Shown here one piece after another: positions 25,203 through 33,753 of a stretch of DNA of 64,000 nucleotides. The notes under the pieces are model-generated. The model saw only the letters and a program-made list of their open reading frames with translations. It did not search any database and had not been told where the DNA came from. The position numbers and the translations under genes were made by a program. The DNA lies in contig JBBRYM010000009.1 in the NCBI GenBank assembly GCA_038237625.1, positions 36,398 to 100,397 on the forward strand, written 5' to 3'. This DNA comes from Solirubrobacterales bacterium. Lineage in GTDB: Bacteria; Actinomycetota; Thermoleophilia; Solirubrobacterales; 70-9. Positions within the stretch are counted from its first letter, which is position 1. Every line of letters starts with the position of its first letter.

Positions 25203-26132
25203 ATGGTCGCCACACAGGCGCCGTCGCGTCGTCCTCGTTTCGGGATTCTCCGAGCGACCCTCGGTACGGCGCTCGGCGCGGGCTTTACCGATCTGGCCGC
25301 GGCGCTTGCGTATTACGCGGCGTTGGCGATCCTGCCGATGGTCGCCGCGCTCGTCGCAACTCTGGGGCTCTTCGGCGATCAGGGGACGAGCCGTGTCCTG
25401 CTCAACGCGATCGGGACGCTGGGTCCGCAGTCGGCGGTGCACACCCTGCGCGCCCCCATCGAGGGACTCGTGCGCTCGAACGGAACGGCGGGGGTGGCGG
25501 CGATCATCGGGCTTGCCGCGGCGCTGTGGGCTGCGTCGGGCTACGTGGGGGGCTTCATCGACGCGGCGAACCGGATCCACGGAGTGGAAGAGAGCCGCTC
25601 GATGGTGAAGCGGAGGGGGCTACAGCTCTCGCTGACGGCGTGCGGGCTCGTGATCATGGCGCTCGTGCTCGTCGCCCTCGGGCTGAGCGGGCCCCTTCTC
25701 GACTCCGCGTCGCACTCCCTCGGGCTGGGCTCCACAGGGGCGTCGATCTTCTCGGTAGCCCGCTGGCCGCTCCTGGCGCTCGCGGGCGCGGCGGCGATCG
25801 CCATCTTGGCTCGCCATGCGCCGGCTCTCGATCCGCGTCCCTGGCGTGCCGTGCTCGCGGGCACGGCTCTGTCCACGGTGCTCTGGCTGATCGCCTCCAC
25901 TGGCTTTGCGGTCTACGTGGCCACGCTCGGCTCCTATCAGGCAACCTACGCCACTCTCGCCGGCCCGATCGTCTTCCTCGTCTGGCTCTGGATCTCCAAC
26001 CTGGCCCTACTTTTGGGGGTCGCCCTCAACGCGACGCTCGCAGAGGAGACGACGAACCCGTTCTCGAGTAGGCCGAGCAGCGACCGCCCCTGCGTTCCCG
26101 CCGCCCCGGGGGCGGGTACCGAGGGCCCATGA
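25203..26132 (+). CDS. YihY/BrkB (virulence factor BrkB) family membrane protein
   Basis: GFTDLAAALAYYAALAILPMVAALVA ... multiple TMs ... PIVFLVWLWISNLALLLG is typical of the family. Confidence 0.85.
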   Translation: MVATQAPSRRPRFGILRATLGTALGAGFTDLAAALAYYAALAILPMVAALVATLGLFGDQGTSRVLLNAIGTLGPQSAVHTLRAPIEGLVRSNGTAGVAAIIGLAAALWAASGYVGGFIDAANRIHGVEESRSMVKRRGLQLSLTACGLVIMALVLVALGLSGPLLDSASHSLGLGSTGASIFSVARWPLLALAGAAAIAILARHAPALDPRPWRAVLAGTALSTVLWLIASTGFAVYVATLGSYQATYATLAGPIVFLVWLWISNLALLLGVALNATLAEETTNPFSSRPSSDRPCVPAAPGAGTEGP

Positions 26133-27166
26133 AGGCAGGGTCGGTATCAGGCGACGAGCCATCGCTCCCGCAACCGCGGGGGCCGCTCAGTGAGGCGGTC
26201 ATCAATGCCCTGCGCGGCGAGCCGCCGGCGGTCGCGCGCGCGCCGGTCCTGCCGCCCGACCCCCTTGCCGACGACGATCTGCAACTCGCTCTCTACTGCT
26301 GCTACGAGCTCCACTACGCCTGCTTCGCCGGCGTCGATGAGCGCTTGGAATGGGATCCAGGGATGCTCGCTTTCCGGGACGAGCTCGAAGCTGGATTCGA
26401 GACTGCCCTGACGGACCGCGTCCGGCGGCGAGACGACGTCGAGCCCGGCGAGGTCGGGAACCTCCTGTTCACGCTGGCGCGGCAAGACCCCGCGCCCTCG
26501 CTGTCGAGCTATCTGTGGGAGGAGGCCAGCCGGGAGCAGTTCGAGGAGTTCGTGATGCACCGCTCCTCCTACCAGCTCAAGGAGGCCGATCCGCACAGCT
26601 TTGCCATCGCGCGCATCCCCGGGCCGGCGAAGGCAGCGATGCTCGAGATCCAGTTCGACGAGTACGGCTCGGGCGCGCCGGAGCGTATGCACTCCCGCCT
26701 GTTCGCGAAGGCGATGAGCGCGCTCGGGCTCGACAGCCGCTACGGGGCCTACCTCGACCGGCTCCCGGGAGCGACCCTCGCCACGGTCAACCTGATCACG
26801 CTGTTCGCCCTTCACCGGCGGCTGCGGGGAGCGCTCGTCGGGCACCTCGCGATGTTCGAGATCACCTCCGCCGTTCCCAACCGCCGTTACGGCGCGGCGC
26901 TGCGGCGGCTTGGCCTTGGCGAGGAGGCAACCGACTTCTTCGACGAGCATGTCGAGGCCGATTCGGTCCACGAGCACGTGGCCGCCTACGACCTCGCTCA
27001 GCGCCTTTGCGTTGACAACCCCGGGCTCACCGCAGATGTCATCTTCGGAGCCGAGGCGCTGCTGGCGCTGGAGGGCGAATGGGCGTCGGCCTTGCTGGGG
27101 AGCTTCCAGGAGGGCGTTTCATCCCTACTCCCCGGCGCCGCAGCCCTCGAGGAAGCAGTCGGCTAG
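26129..27166 (+). CDS. iron-containing redox enzyme family protein (heme-oxygenase-like fold)
   Basis: 345 aa. DDDLQLALYCCYELHY ... E.QFDEYG.G ... H..LF and an all-helical character match my memory of the Haem_oxygenas_2 / heme-oxygenase-like di-iron family. The ATG overlaps the YihY stop (ATGA). Confidence 0.7.
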   Translation: MKAGSVSGDEPSLPQPRGPLSEAVINALRGEPPAVARAPVLPPDPLADDDLQLALYCCYELHYACFAGVDERLEWDPGMLAFRDELEAGFETALTDRVRRRDDVEPGEVGNLLFTLARQDPAPSLSSYLWEEASREQFEEFVMHRSSYQLKEADPHSFAIARIPGPAKAAMLEIQFDEYGSGAPERMHSRLFAKAMSALGLDSRYGAYLDRLPGATLATVNLITLFALHRRLRGALVGHLAMFEITSAVPNRRYGAALRRLGLGEEATDFFDEHVEADSVHEHVAAYDLAQRLCVDNPGLTADVIFGAEALLALEGEWASALLGSFQEGVSSLLPGAAALEEAVG

Positions 27167-28276
27167 CCACGGCGCGACGGCGCCGACGCCCAGCTCGGCA
27201 GCGACCTCGCGCTGGCGAATCGCTCCGTTTACCTCGATCAGGCCTCTGACGCGAGCGAGCTCCTCGGCGCACCCGAGGCCGGCTGCCGTCTCTTCGAGGT
27301 CCGCAACGAGCCTGCCGAGTCGATCTCGCACGGGCTCGCGGCGGCCGGTGTCGAGGTCGGCGAACACCGCCTCGAGCCCGTCGCGGGCGGCGAGCCACCG
27401 GTTTTCGGCAATCCGCCAGGAGGGATGGGTGACCGGCCGCTCCCCGGCCTCCACCGCCTCCGTCAGCCGCGTGACGAGACAGAAGATCAGCGCGGTCACC
27501 GCGCCTGCTTCCCGGATCGTGGTCTGGGCATCGGGCACGCGCAGCTCCAGCGTGCCGAAATCGGGGTGCGGGCGAAACTCCCACCACCAGCTCCCCGGGT
27601 TGGGGATCACGCCGCTGGACTGCCCCCATGTGAGCTCGTCCGCCAGCTCGTCCCAGCTTGCGATCTCTGGGGGCACTCCCTGGCGCGGAAGCAGCTCGGA
27701 GACCTTTGGGCGAACCGAGGCCAGGCCGGTGTCCTCGCCGCCAAAGTACGGCGCGTTCGCACATAGCGCGGCAATCTCCGGCAGGTGCGAGCGCATCGCG
27801 TTGTAGGCACCGAGTGCCGCGGACGACGACCCGGGAGCGACATGAACCTGCAGCGCGAAGACAAGCTGGCGTCGCAGCACATCCTCGCCGAAATGCCTTG
27901 CTGCAGCCTCATAGCGCGGGTTCGAGTTGATCTCTCCGGACGTCGGAGAGCTGGGATGGACCCCCGCGGCGGCCAGGCGAATCGTCCCGTCGACTGCGGC
28001 CGCCACGTCCCGCCGCGCCGCGGCGAGCTCACGCTCGATCCGGTCGACCGAACGTGCCGGATCCGTGACCGACTCCAGCTGGCACGCAGGCAGCTCGAGC
28101 TTGAACCGGCGATCGTCGCCCAACCTCTCCAAGACCAGCGGCGCGCGAGGGGCGAGCTCGAACGTTTCCGGGTCCATGAGCATGAGCTCCTCCTCGACCC
28201 CCACGGTGCCCTGGCTTGCGGCATCAAAGGCCGCCGCCAACTCGCTCCCGCTTCCCCAGCCGTCTCGTTCACTCAT
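27125..28276 (-). CDS. carboxylate-amine ligase, glutamate-cysteine ligase family 2 (YbdK-like)
   Basis: GVEEELMLMDPETFEL ... ELPACQLE ... HVHV are typical GCS2 motifs. The 3' end overlaps the convergent gene by 42 nt. Confidence 0.85.
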   Translation of the reverse strand: MSERDGWGSGSELAAAFDAASQGTVGVEEELMLMDPETFELAPRAPLVLERLGDDRRFKLELPACQLESVTDPARSVDRIERELAAARRDVAAAVDGTIRLAAAGVHPSSPTSGEINSNPRYEAAARHFGEDVLRRQLVFALQVHVAPGSSSAALGAYNAMRSHLPEIAALCANAPYFGGEDTGLASVRPKVSELLPRQGVPPEIASWDELADELTWGQSSGVIPNPGSWWWEFRPHPDFGTLELRVPDAQTTIREAGAVTALIFCLVTRLTEAVEAGERPVTHPSWRIAENRWLAARDGLEAVFADLDTGRREPVRDRLGRLVADLEETAAGLGCAEELARVRGLIEVNGAIRQREVAAELGVGAVAPWLADCFLEGCGAGE

Positions 28277-28393
28277 GATTTGGGAGCCTCAGCAGGAGAC
28301 CTTGACAAGGCTCTCGGCAAGGGGCCTTCGCGGACGGGTCAGCGAACGTCGCCAGGGGCCAGTCGCGCCGTTGATGGCGGCTGCCGCGGACGC

Positions 28394-28666
28394 TCAGTGA
28401 ATTTCGGCTGCCGTGGGTGAGCAGGAGGAAGTCCTGGTGTTCGAGGCCGTCGCCGTCTGAGGGTCCGGCGCGCTGCCGGCTTCGAAGCCGACCAGCTTGT
28501 GGGTCCCGTCGCAGAACGGCCGGGTCTTCGAGCGCCCGCAGCGGCAGAGGGCGATGGTTCGCCGCCGCAGGGCGATCTCGTTGCCGTCCTGGTCGAGGAG
28601 GGCGAACTCACCCCGCAACAGGTAGGGCCCGTCCCGGCAGGGGGTGATGGTCGCGCGCGCAGTCAA
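28394..28666 (-). CDS. CDGSH iron-sulfur domain-containing protein
   Basis: CRCGRSKTRPFCDGTH matches the C-x-C-x2-S/T-x3-P-x-C-D-G-S/A/T-H signature. Confidence 0.85.
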   Translation of the reverse strand: MTARATITPCRDGPYLLRGEFALLDQDGNEIALRRRTIALCRCGRSKTRPFCDGTHKLVGFEAGSAPDPQTATASNTRTSSCSPTAAEIH

Positions 28667-28838
28667 GACCCGCCGACTACCCGCATCGGGCCTAGCTGAC
28701 TCACGCGGGCGCGTACCCCTCGCACGGGCAGGGCCGCCCGCCGCCGCGGCCGGTTAGAACGGCGCCTCGGCGTCCCCTGATCCGACCCGTGACGGCAACG
28801 GTGGCGCCCGCCACCGCGCCGGCACCTGCGACGAGCCT

Positions 28839-30674
28839 CTACGGGTAGTCCGGGACGTTCATGGTGCGGCCGGGCCTACGGGGCGGCCGCGTCTCGTACA
28901 GGGCCGTGATCCGCTCCTCGTACTTTTCGGCGATCGGCTTGCGCTTCAGCTTCATCGTCGGGGTCAGCTCGTCGCCGCCCGGCTCCCAGTCGCTGGGCAG
29001 GATCTCGAAGCGCTTGATCTGCTCCACGCGCGAGAGCTGGGCATTTGCGCGCTCGACGCCGGCGGCCACCGCCTCGCGCACGGCCGGGTCGGCGGCGAGC
29101 GCCGCGGCCGACGCGTCGGCCAGGCCGTGCTCGGCCGCGTGGGCCGAGCAGGCGTCGGGATCGAGCACCACGAGCGCAACGTTGTAAGGCCGGCGATCGC
29201 CGATCGCAATCGCCTGGCCGATCAGCGGGCTCGACGACTTCAGGCGAGCCTCGATGTTCGCGGGCGACATGTTCTTGCCGGCCGCGTTGATGATGAGCTC
29301 CTTCTTGCGGTCGACGATCGTCACGTAACCCTCGTCGTCGATCTCAGCAATGTCACCGGTGTGCATGAAGCCATCGGCGTCGATGGCCTCGGCGGTCTTG
29401 TCCGGCTCACCCCGGTAGCCGCGCATGACGATCTCCCCGCGACAGAGGAGCTCGCCATCGTCGGCCAGCGCCAGCTCCACGCCGGGCAGGGCGGTGCCGA
29501 CGGTGCCTAGCTTGATGCGATCGGGCGGGTTCACCGTGGCGCAGCACGACAGCTCCGACATCCCCCAGAGCTCTGCCACGGGCAGCCCGATCGCGCCGAA
29601 GAACTCGAGCACCTCGACGGGCGTCGGGGCTGCGCCCGAGACCGCCCAGTTCAGCTGGTCGATCCCCACCAGGGCGCGCAATTTCGCCAGGACCAGCTCG
29701 TCGTGGCGAGCGAACTCGTCGAGCAGCTCGTGCGTTGGGCCCGACCCGCGGCCGTGGGCGGCATCCTGCTCGGCGCGAACCTTGCGCCGGCCCGTCTCGA
29801 TGGCGGCCAGCGTTGCCTCCTTCGCGGCAACGTCGGAATTCGACCCGATCGCCACCTCGAGCCCGGCCTTCATCTTCTCCCAGATCCTCGGCACGGCGCC
29901 CCAGACCGTCGGCCGGCATTCGGTCAGCGCCGCGCCGATCGCGCGCGGATCATCGATGCAGGTCACCTCGACGCCCAGGCAGATCGAGCTGTAGTGGCTG
30001 CCCCAGCGGTCGGCGATGTGGGCAGCGGGCAGATACGAGATCGTGCGGTCGCCGGCTTTCGCCGGCAGCATGGCCGTCGTGGCATTGAGCTCGGCGATGA
30101 GGTTGGCGTGGGTCAGCTCCACCCCCTTCGGCGGCCCGGTCGTCCCCGACGTGTAGATGAGCGTCGCAATGTCGTCCGGCGTCACCGCCCGCCACGCAGA
30201 CTCGAAGTCGAAACCATTTTGCGGCCTCGTCTCGAGGTCGGCCAGCGAAACCGTGCCTTCAGGCGCGCCGTCCACGCAGATCACGTGTTCGACGGCCGAG
30301 CCGCGACGAGCCTCGTGGATCGCCTCGACGAACTGCGATTCGCAAATGACAACCCGGTTCGCCGCGTTTTCGAGCAGGTAGCCGATCTGCTCGGGGGCCG
30401 AGGTGTTGTAGATCGAGAACGGCGTCGCCCCCAAATGCATGCTGGCCGTGTCGCACAGGTTGAATTCGGGGCGGTTGATCATCATCAGGGCGACGGTGTC
30501 GCCTCTGCCGAGGCCGAGGGCCGCCAGGCCGGCGGCGATGCGCGGCACCCGGGCGGCGTACTCCTCCCACATGACCTCGACGCCCCCGCCCATCGTCCGC
30601 AGGGCCACGGCACGCGGCGTCGCCGCGGCGGTCCGCTGAAAGGCCTCGCAGAGGCTCGCCGGCGAGGCGCTCAA
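28839..30674 (-). CDS. long-chain fatty-acid--CoA ligase (AMP-binding, FadD15-like)
   Basis: LIYTSGTTGPPKGV, GYG/WGMSE, TGD..E.D.EGY..I.DRKKELI and MKLKRKPI are present. The TTG at 30674 overlaps the stop of the FAD oxidase gene (TTGA). The track 5' extension overlaps that gene and is junk. Confidence 0.85.
   Translation of the reverse strand: MSASPASLCEAFQRTAAATPRAVALRTMGGGVEVMWEEYAARVPRIAAGLAALGLGRGDTVALMMINRPEFNLCDTASMHLGATPFSIYNTSAPEQIGYLLENAANRVVICESQFVEAIHEARRGSAVEHVICVDGAPEGTVSLADLETRPQNGFDFESAWRAVTPDDIATLIYTSGTTGPPKGVELTHANLIAELNATTAMLPAKAGDRTISYLPAAHIADRWGSHYSSICLGVEVTCIDDPRAIGAALTECRPTVWGAVPRIWEKMKAGLEVAIGSNSDVAAKEATLAAIETGRRKVRAEQDAAHGRGSGPTHELLDEFARHDELVLAKLRALVGIDQLNWAVSGAAPTPVEVLEFFGAIGLPVAELWGMSELSCCATVNPPDRIKLGTVGTALPGVELALADDGELLCRGEIVMRGYRGEPDKTAEAIDADGFMHTGDIAEIDDEGYVTIVDRKKELIINAAGKNMSPANIEARLKSSSPLIGQAIAIGDRRPYNVALVVLDPDACSAHAAEHGLADASAAALAADPAVREAVAAGVERANAQLSRVEQIKRFEILPSDWEPGGDELTPTMKLKRKPIAEKYEERITALYETRPPRRPGRTMNVPDYP
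28850..28869. repeat. half-copy D of the GGGACGTTC element inside the 3' end of the ligase CDS
   Basis: CCGGGACGTTCATGGTGCGG matches CCGGGACGTTCGTGGTGCGG at 51069-51088 at 19 of 20 positions. Confidence 0.5.
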
Positions 30675-32077
30675 ACCGCGGCCGGCTCCTGTCCCGCCCC
30701 GCTCGGCGTGATGTTCTGGTTGAGCCGGAAGACGTTGTCGGGATCCCAGCGGTCCTTCAGCTCCTGAAGGCGCTTGAACGTCTTCTCGCCGAAGGCGGCC
30801 ACGACCCGATCGTGGCCCTCGTCGCCGATGAAGTTCAGATACGCGTATCCCGAGGTGAACGGCTTGATCGCCGCCCCAAGCTCCCGCGTCCATGCGATGC
30901 ATGCGTCGTCCATCGACACCTCGGGCCACATCGAGAGGATGTGCAGGTTGAACGGCGCCGCGCGCTGGCCGAACGCCATCGCGTCGTCGGGAACCCGGGC
31001 GATCGCTCCGCCGCCCGGGAGCAGAATGATGGCCGTGAGCGGCGAGGGGTTCGATAGATGGGCTTCGCAGAGGATCTCGACTGCCTCGTCCGGAAGCCCT
31101 GTGAGGAAGTCCGCGTTCCAGTAGTTGCGCATGCCCGGCGGGTTGCCCGGCTCGATCAGCTTCTGGACCGCCAAGTAGGGCATAGGTCCGACCATAGGCA
31201 TGGCGGGTGGCCCGAACCCGGTGAGCGGCTTCATCGCCGCCTCCGCCTCTTCGGCCGGCCCGGCGTAGCACAGCACCACGCCAACAACGGGCTGGCCACG
31301 CACCGGCTCGGGGATGAACTCCTCGGGCGGCGCTGTGATCATCGCGACACCGCCGCCGATCTCGTCCGGGGCGTCGGCCATGAAGTCCCTGAAGTTGCGC
31401 AACACGTCTGCCGCCATCTGCGCCGGATACATGAGCATGCCGCCGTAGACCGTCGGCCCCAGCTCATGGAGCTGGAAAACGAAGCTGGTGACGACGCCGA
31501 AGTTGCCGCCGCCGCCACGTGTCCCCCAGAAGAGGTCGGCGTTCTCGGCCTCAGAAGCAGTGATGACCGCGCCGTCGGCTGTGACCATCTCGACCGACAG
31601 GAGGTTGTCGCAGGTGAGGCCGAACTTGCGCTCGATCCAGCCCGAGCCACTTCCCAGAGCCAGGCCGGCGACGCCGGTGCCCGGGACCCGGCCGCCCGTC
31701 ACGGCCAGGCCGTGCTCCTGGGTGGCCGCGTCGATCACGCCCCACGTCGCGCCACCCTGCACGCGCGCTGTCTTCGCCACTGGGTCGACTTCGACCCCGT
31801 CCATCAGCCGCAGGTCGACGACCAGGCCCCCGTCTGCAAGCGCCGCTCCCGTCACCCCGTGGCCGCCGCAATAAACCGAAAGGTCCAGGTCGTTCGCTCG
31901 CGAGAACCGGATCGCGGCCGCCACGTCATCCGCAGACTTGCAGCGGGCGAACACCGCCGGGCGCTTGTCGACCATGGCGTTGAAGACGTGACACAGGTCC
32001 GCATAGGAGGGATCCTGCGGGACGATCACGTCGCCCCCGATCTGCGCGGCCAGGGCGCTGGTGCCAAGGTCGGTCAA
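30671..32077 (-). CDS. FAD-binding oxidoreductase (FAD-linked oxidase/BBE-like, VAO superfamily)
   Basis: PAVFARCKSADDVAAAIRFSRANDLDLSVYCGGHGVTG ... GLALGSGSGW ... a BBE-like C-terminus (W.P.NVFRLNQNI). Confidence 0.85.
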   Translation of the reverse strand: MTDLGTSALAAQIGGDVIVPQDPSYADLCHVFNAMVDKRPAVFARCKSADDVAAAIRFSRANDLDLSVYCGGHGVTGAALADGGLVVDLRLMDGVEVDPVAKTARVQGGATWGVIDAATQEHGLAVTGGRVPGTGVAGLALGSGSGWIERKFGLTCDNLLSVEMVTADGAVITASEAENADLFWGTRGGGGNFGVVTSFVFQLHELGPTVYGGMLMYPAQMAADVLRNFRDFMADAPDEIGGGVAMITAPPEEFIPEPVRGQPVVGVVLCYAGPAEEAEAAMKPLTGFGPPAMPMVGPMPYLAVQKLIEPGNPPGMRNYWNADFLTGLPDEAVEILCEAHLSNPSPLTAIILLPGGGAIARVPDDAMAFGQRAAPFNLHILSMWPEVSMDDACIAWTRELGAAIKPFTSGYAYLNFIGDEGHDRVVAAFGEKTFKRLQELKDRWDPDNVFRLNQNITPSGAGQEPAAV

Positions 32078-32139
32078 CTATTCCTCCATTGTCTGAAAGC
32101 CAGGCCGCTGCCACGGCAACAACGGCCGGAGCCTATCTG

Positions 32140-32796
32140 TCAGGAGGAAATCGACTCGACCGCGGCGAGGAGCGTTCGCCGCGAGCCGGCCCAGCGGCGC
32201 TCGATCTCGGGTTCCCCCACCACGAAGCCGAGGAGGGCCAGGCCGCGCATGGTCGCCAGAGAGGCGTCGACCGCCTCGCGAAACGCCGGCACCTTCGCCA
32301 GGTCGGGGAAGAGGTCGTTGACGCCACTGGCGGTGATCGCCGCGATCTCGCGCTCCACCTCCAGCAGCCGCGCTCGCAACTCCGCGTCAGCCCGCGCCGC
32401 GACCCACAGCTCCACTGAGGCCGTGAACAGAGGGCCCATGTGAATCTTCCAGAGGAGATCCAAGACCCGCTCGAAGCGCCGCCTTCCCCGAGCAGGGACC
32501 TCGAGCGCCTCGGCGACGAACTCCTCGGCCCGGCGCTCGGCAAGATGGCGAACCGCCTCAGCGACGAGCTCCGCCTTGGTCGGGAAGTGATGCACCTGGG
32601 CTCCCCGCGAGACTCCAGCCCGCTCGACGATCCGGGTCGTTGTCGTGCCGGCGTAGCCCTCCTCCACGAGGCAGTCGATCGTGGCGTCGAGAAGCGCCGC
32701 ACGCGTGGTCGCGGTCCGCTCGGCCTGCGTGCGGCGTCGCGGTGGCTTCGCGCCCGGCTTGACCGTGCTCGCCTCCATCCGCGGCGATACTAACAA
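32140..32796 (-). CDS. TetR family transcriptional regulator
   Basis: HTH: TRAALLDATIDCLVEEGYAGTTTTRIVERAGVSRGAQVHHFPTKAEL. The ATG at 32778 (MEAST...) is the more likely start, because the longer form would cover the operator-like site. Confidence 0.85.
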   Translation of the reverse strand: MLVSPRMEASTVKPGAKPPRRRTQAERTATTRAALLDATIDCLVEEGYAGTTTTRIVERAGVSRGAQVHHFPTKAELVAEAVRHLAERRAEEFVAEALEVPARGRRRFERVLDLLWKIHMGPLFTASVELWVAARADAELRARLLEVEREIAAITASGVNDLFPDLAKVPAFREAVDASLATMRGLALLGFVVGEPEIERRWAGSRRTLLAAVESISS

Positions 32797-32816
32797 ACAG
32801 TCCCGACTGTACGTGA
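32791..32816. promoter_or_regulatory. operator-like site TAACAAACAGTCCCGACTGTACGTGA (contains ACAGT-N4-ACTGT)
   Basis: Lies in the TetR/SDR divergent region. It shares AAACAGTC-N6-GTAYGT with the 26-mers at 41042 and 43624 (19 of 26 positions). Confidence 0.5.
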
Positions 32817-32862
32817 ACTGTCGAGGGGTCAGACCCCATTAGGTTCATTTTGGCGGATAGGG

Positions 32863-33753
32863 TTGCGCGCAGTGCCTCGCTACGACGTCAGCGGCAAGGT
32901 GGCTCTCGTCACCGGCGCCGCCCGGGGAATCGGCTTCGAGACCGCACGGCTGCTCGCGGAGCGAGGCGCCGCGGTCACGGTCCTCGACCTCGACGACGAC
33001 GCGAGCAAGGCGGCGGCCGCGGTCATCGGCCGTGGCGCCGCCGGCCTCGGCGCCGACGTCACCGACCGCGACGCCATGGAGACGGCCGTCGACGAGGTCG
33101 TCGAGCGCTGCGGGGGCCTGGACATCATCGTTGCCAACGCCGGCGTGGCGCCGCCCACCGCGACGATGCGGGTGATCGACCCCGAGGCCTTCGAGCGCAT
33201 CCTCGAGATCGACCTTCTCGGCGTCTGGCGCTCGGTCCGCCCCGCCCTGCAGCAGATCGCGGAGCGCCAGGGGCAGGTGGTCGTCGTCTCCTCGGTCTAC
33301 GCGTGGGTCAACGGCGTGATGAACGCTCCCTACGCGATGGCGAAGGCCGGCGTGGAAGCCATGGGTCGCGCGCTTCGCACCGAATTGTCGATCCACGGGG
33401 CGAGCGCCACGGTCGCGCACTTCGGCTTCATCGACACCCGCATGGTTCAGGACGCCTTCGCCGACGACCTCGTCGCGAACGGCGTCGAGTCGCGTTTCCC
33501 GAAGCTCGCGGTCCGCCGCCTGCACCCGCGCGCAGCCGCTGCCGGGATCGTCAACGGGATCGAGAAGCGCGCGCCGCGGGTGATCGTTCCCCCGTGGTGG
33601 AAGGCCTGGTTCGCCGCCCGCGGGATCCTCAACCCGATCCTCGACCGACTGATGCTCGGCGACGAGACGATGGTTGAGACGATTCGCGGCGCCGACGTCG
33701 AGGAGCGTTCAGCGCTGCGCGGCGGCCTCGATCGGACCGCCGGCCGGGACTGA
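32863..33753 (+). CDS. SDR family oxidoreductase
   Basis: TGAARGIG, NAG and YAMAKAG (YxxxK) are present. Confidence 0.85.
   Translation: MRAVPRYDVSGKVALVTGAARGIGFETARLLAERGAAVTVLDLDDDASKAAAAVIGRGAAGLGADVTDRDAMETAVDEVVERCGGLDIIVANAGVAPPTATMRVIDPEAFERILEIDLLGVWRSVRPALQQIAERQGQVVVVSSVYAWVNGVMNAPYAMAKAGVEAMGRALRTELSIHGASATVAHFGFIDTRMVQDAFADDLVANGVESRFPKLAVRRLHPRAAAAGIVNGIEKRAPRVIVPPWWKAWFAARGILNPILDRLMLGDETMVETIRGADVEERSALRGGLDRTAGRD

Noticed and set aside
28800-28815. GGTGGCG-CC-CGCCACC palindrome downstream of the acyl-CoA ligase as an intrinsic terminator.
   Set aside because: The 2-nt loop is sterically too small, so only a short stem could form, and there is no U-tract. The evidence is too weak to list as a feature.
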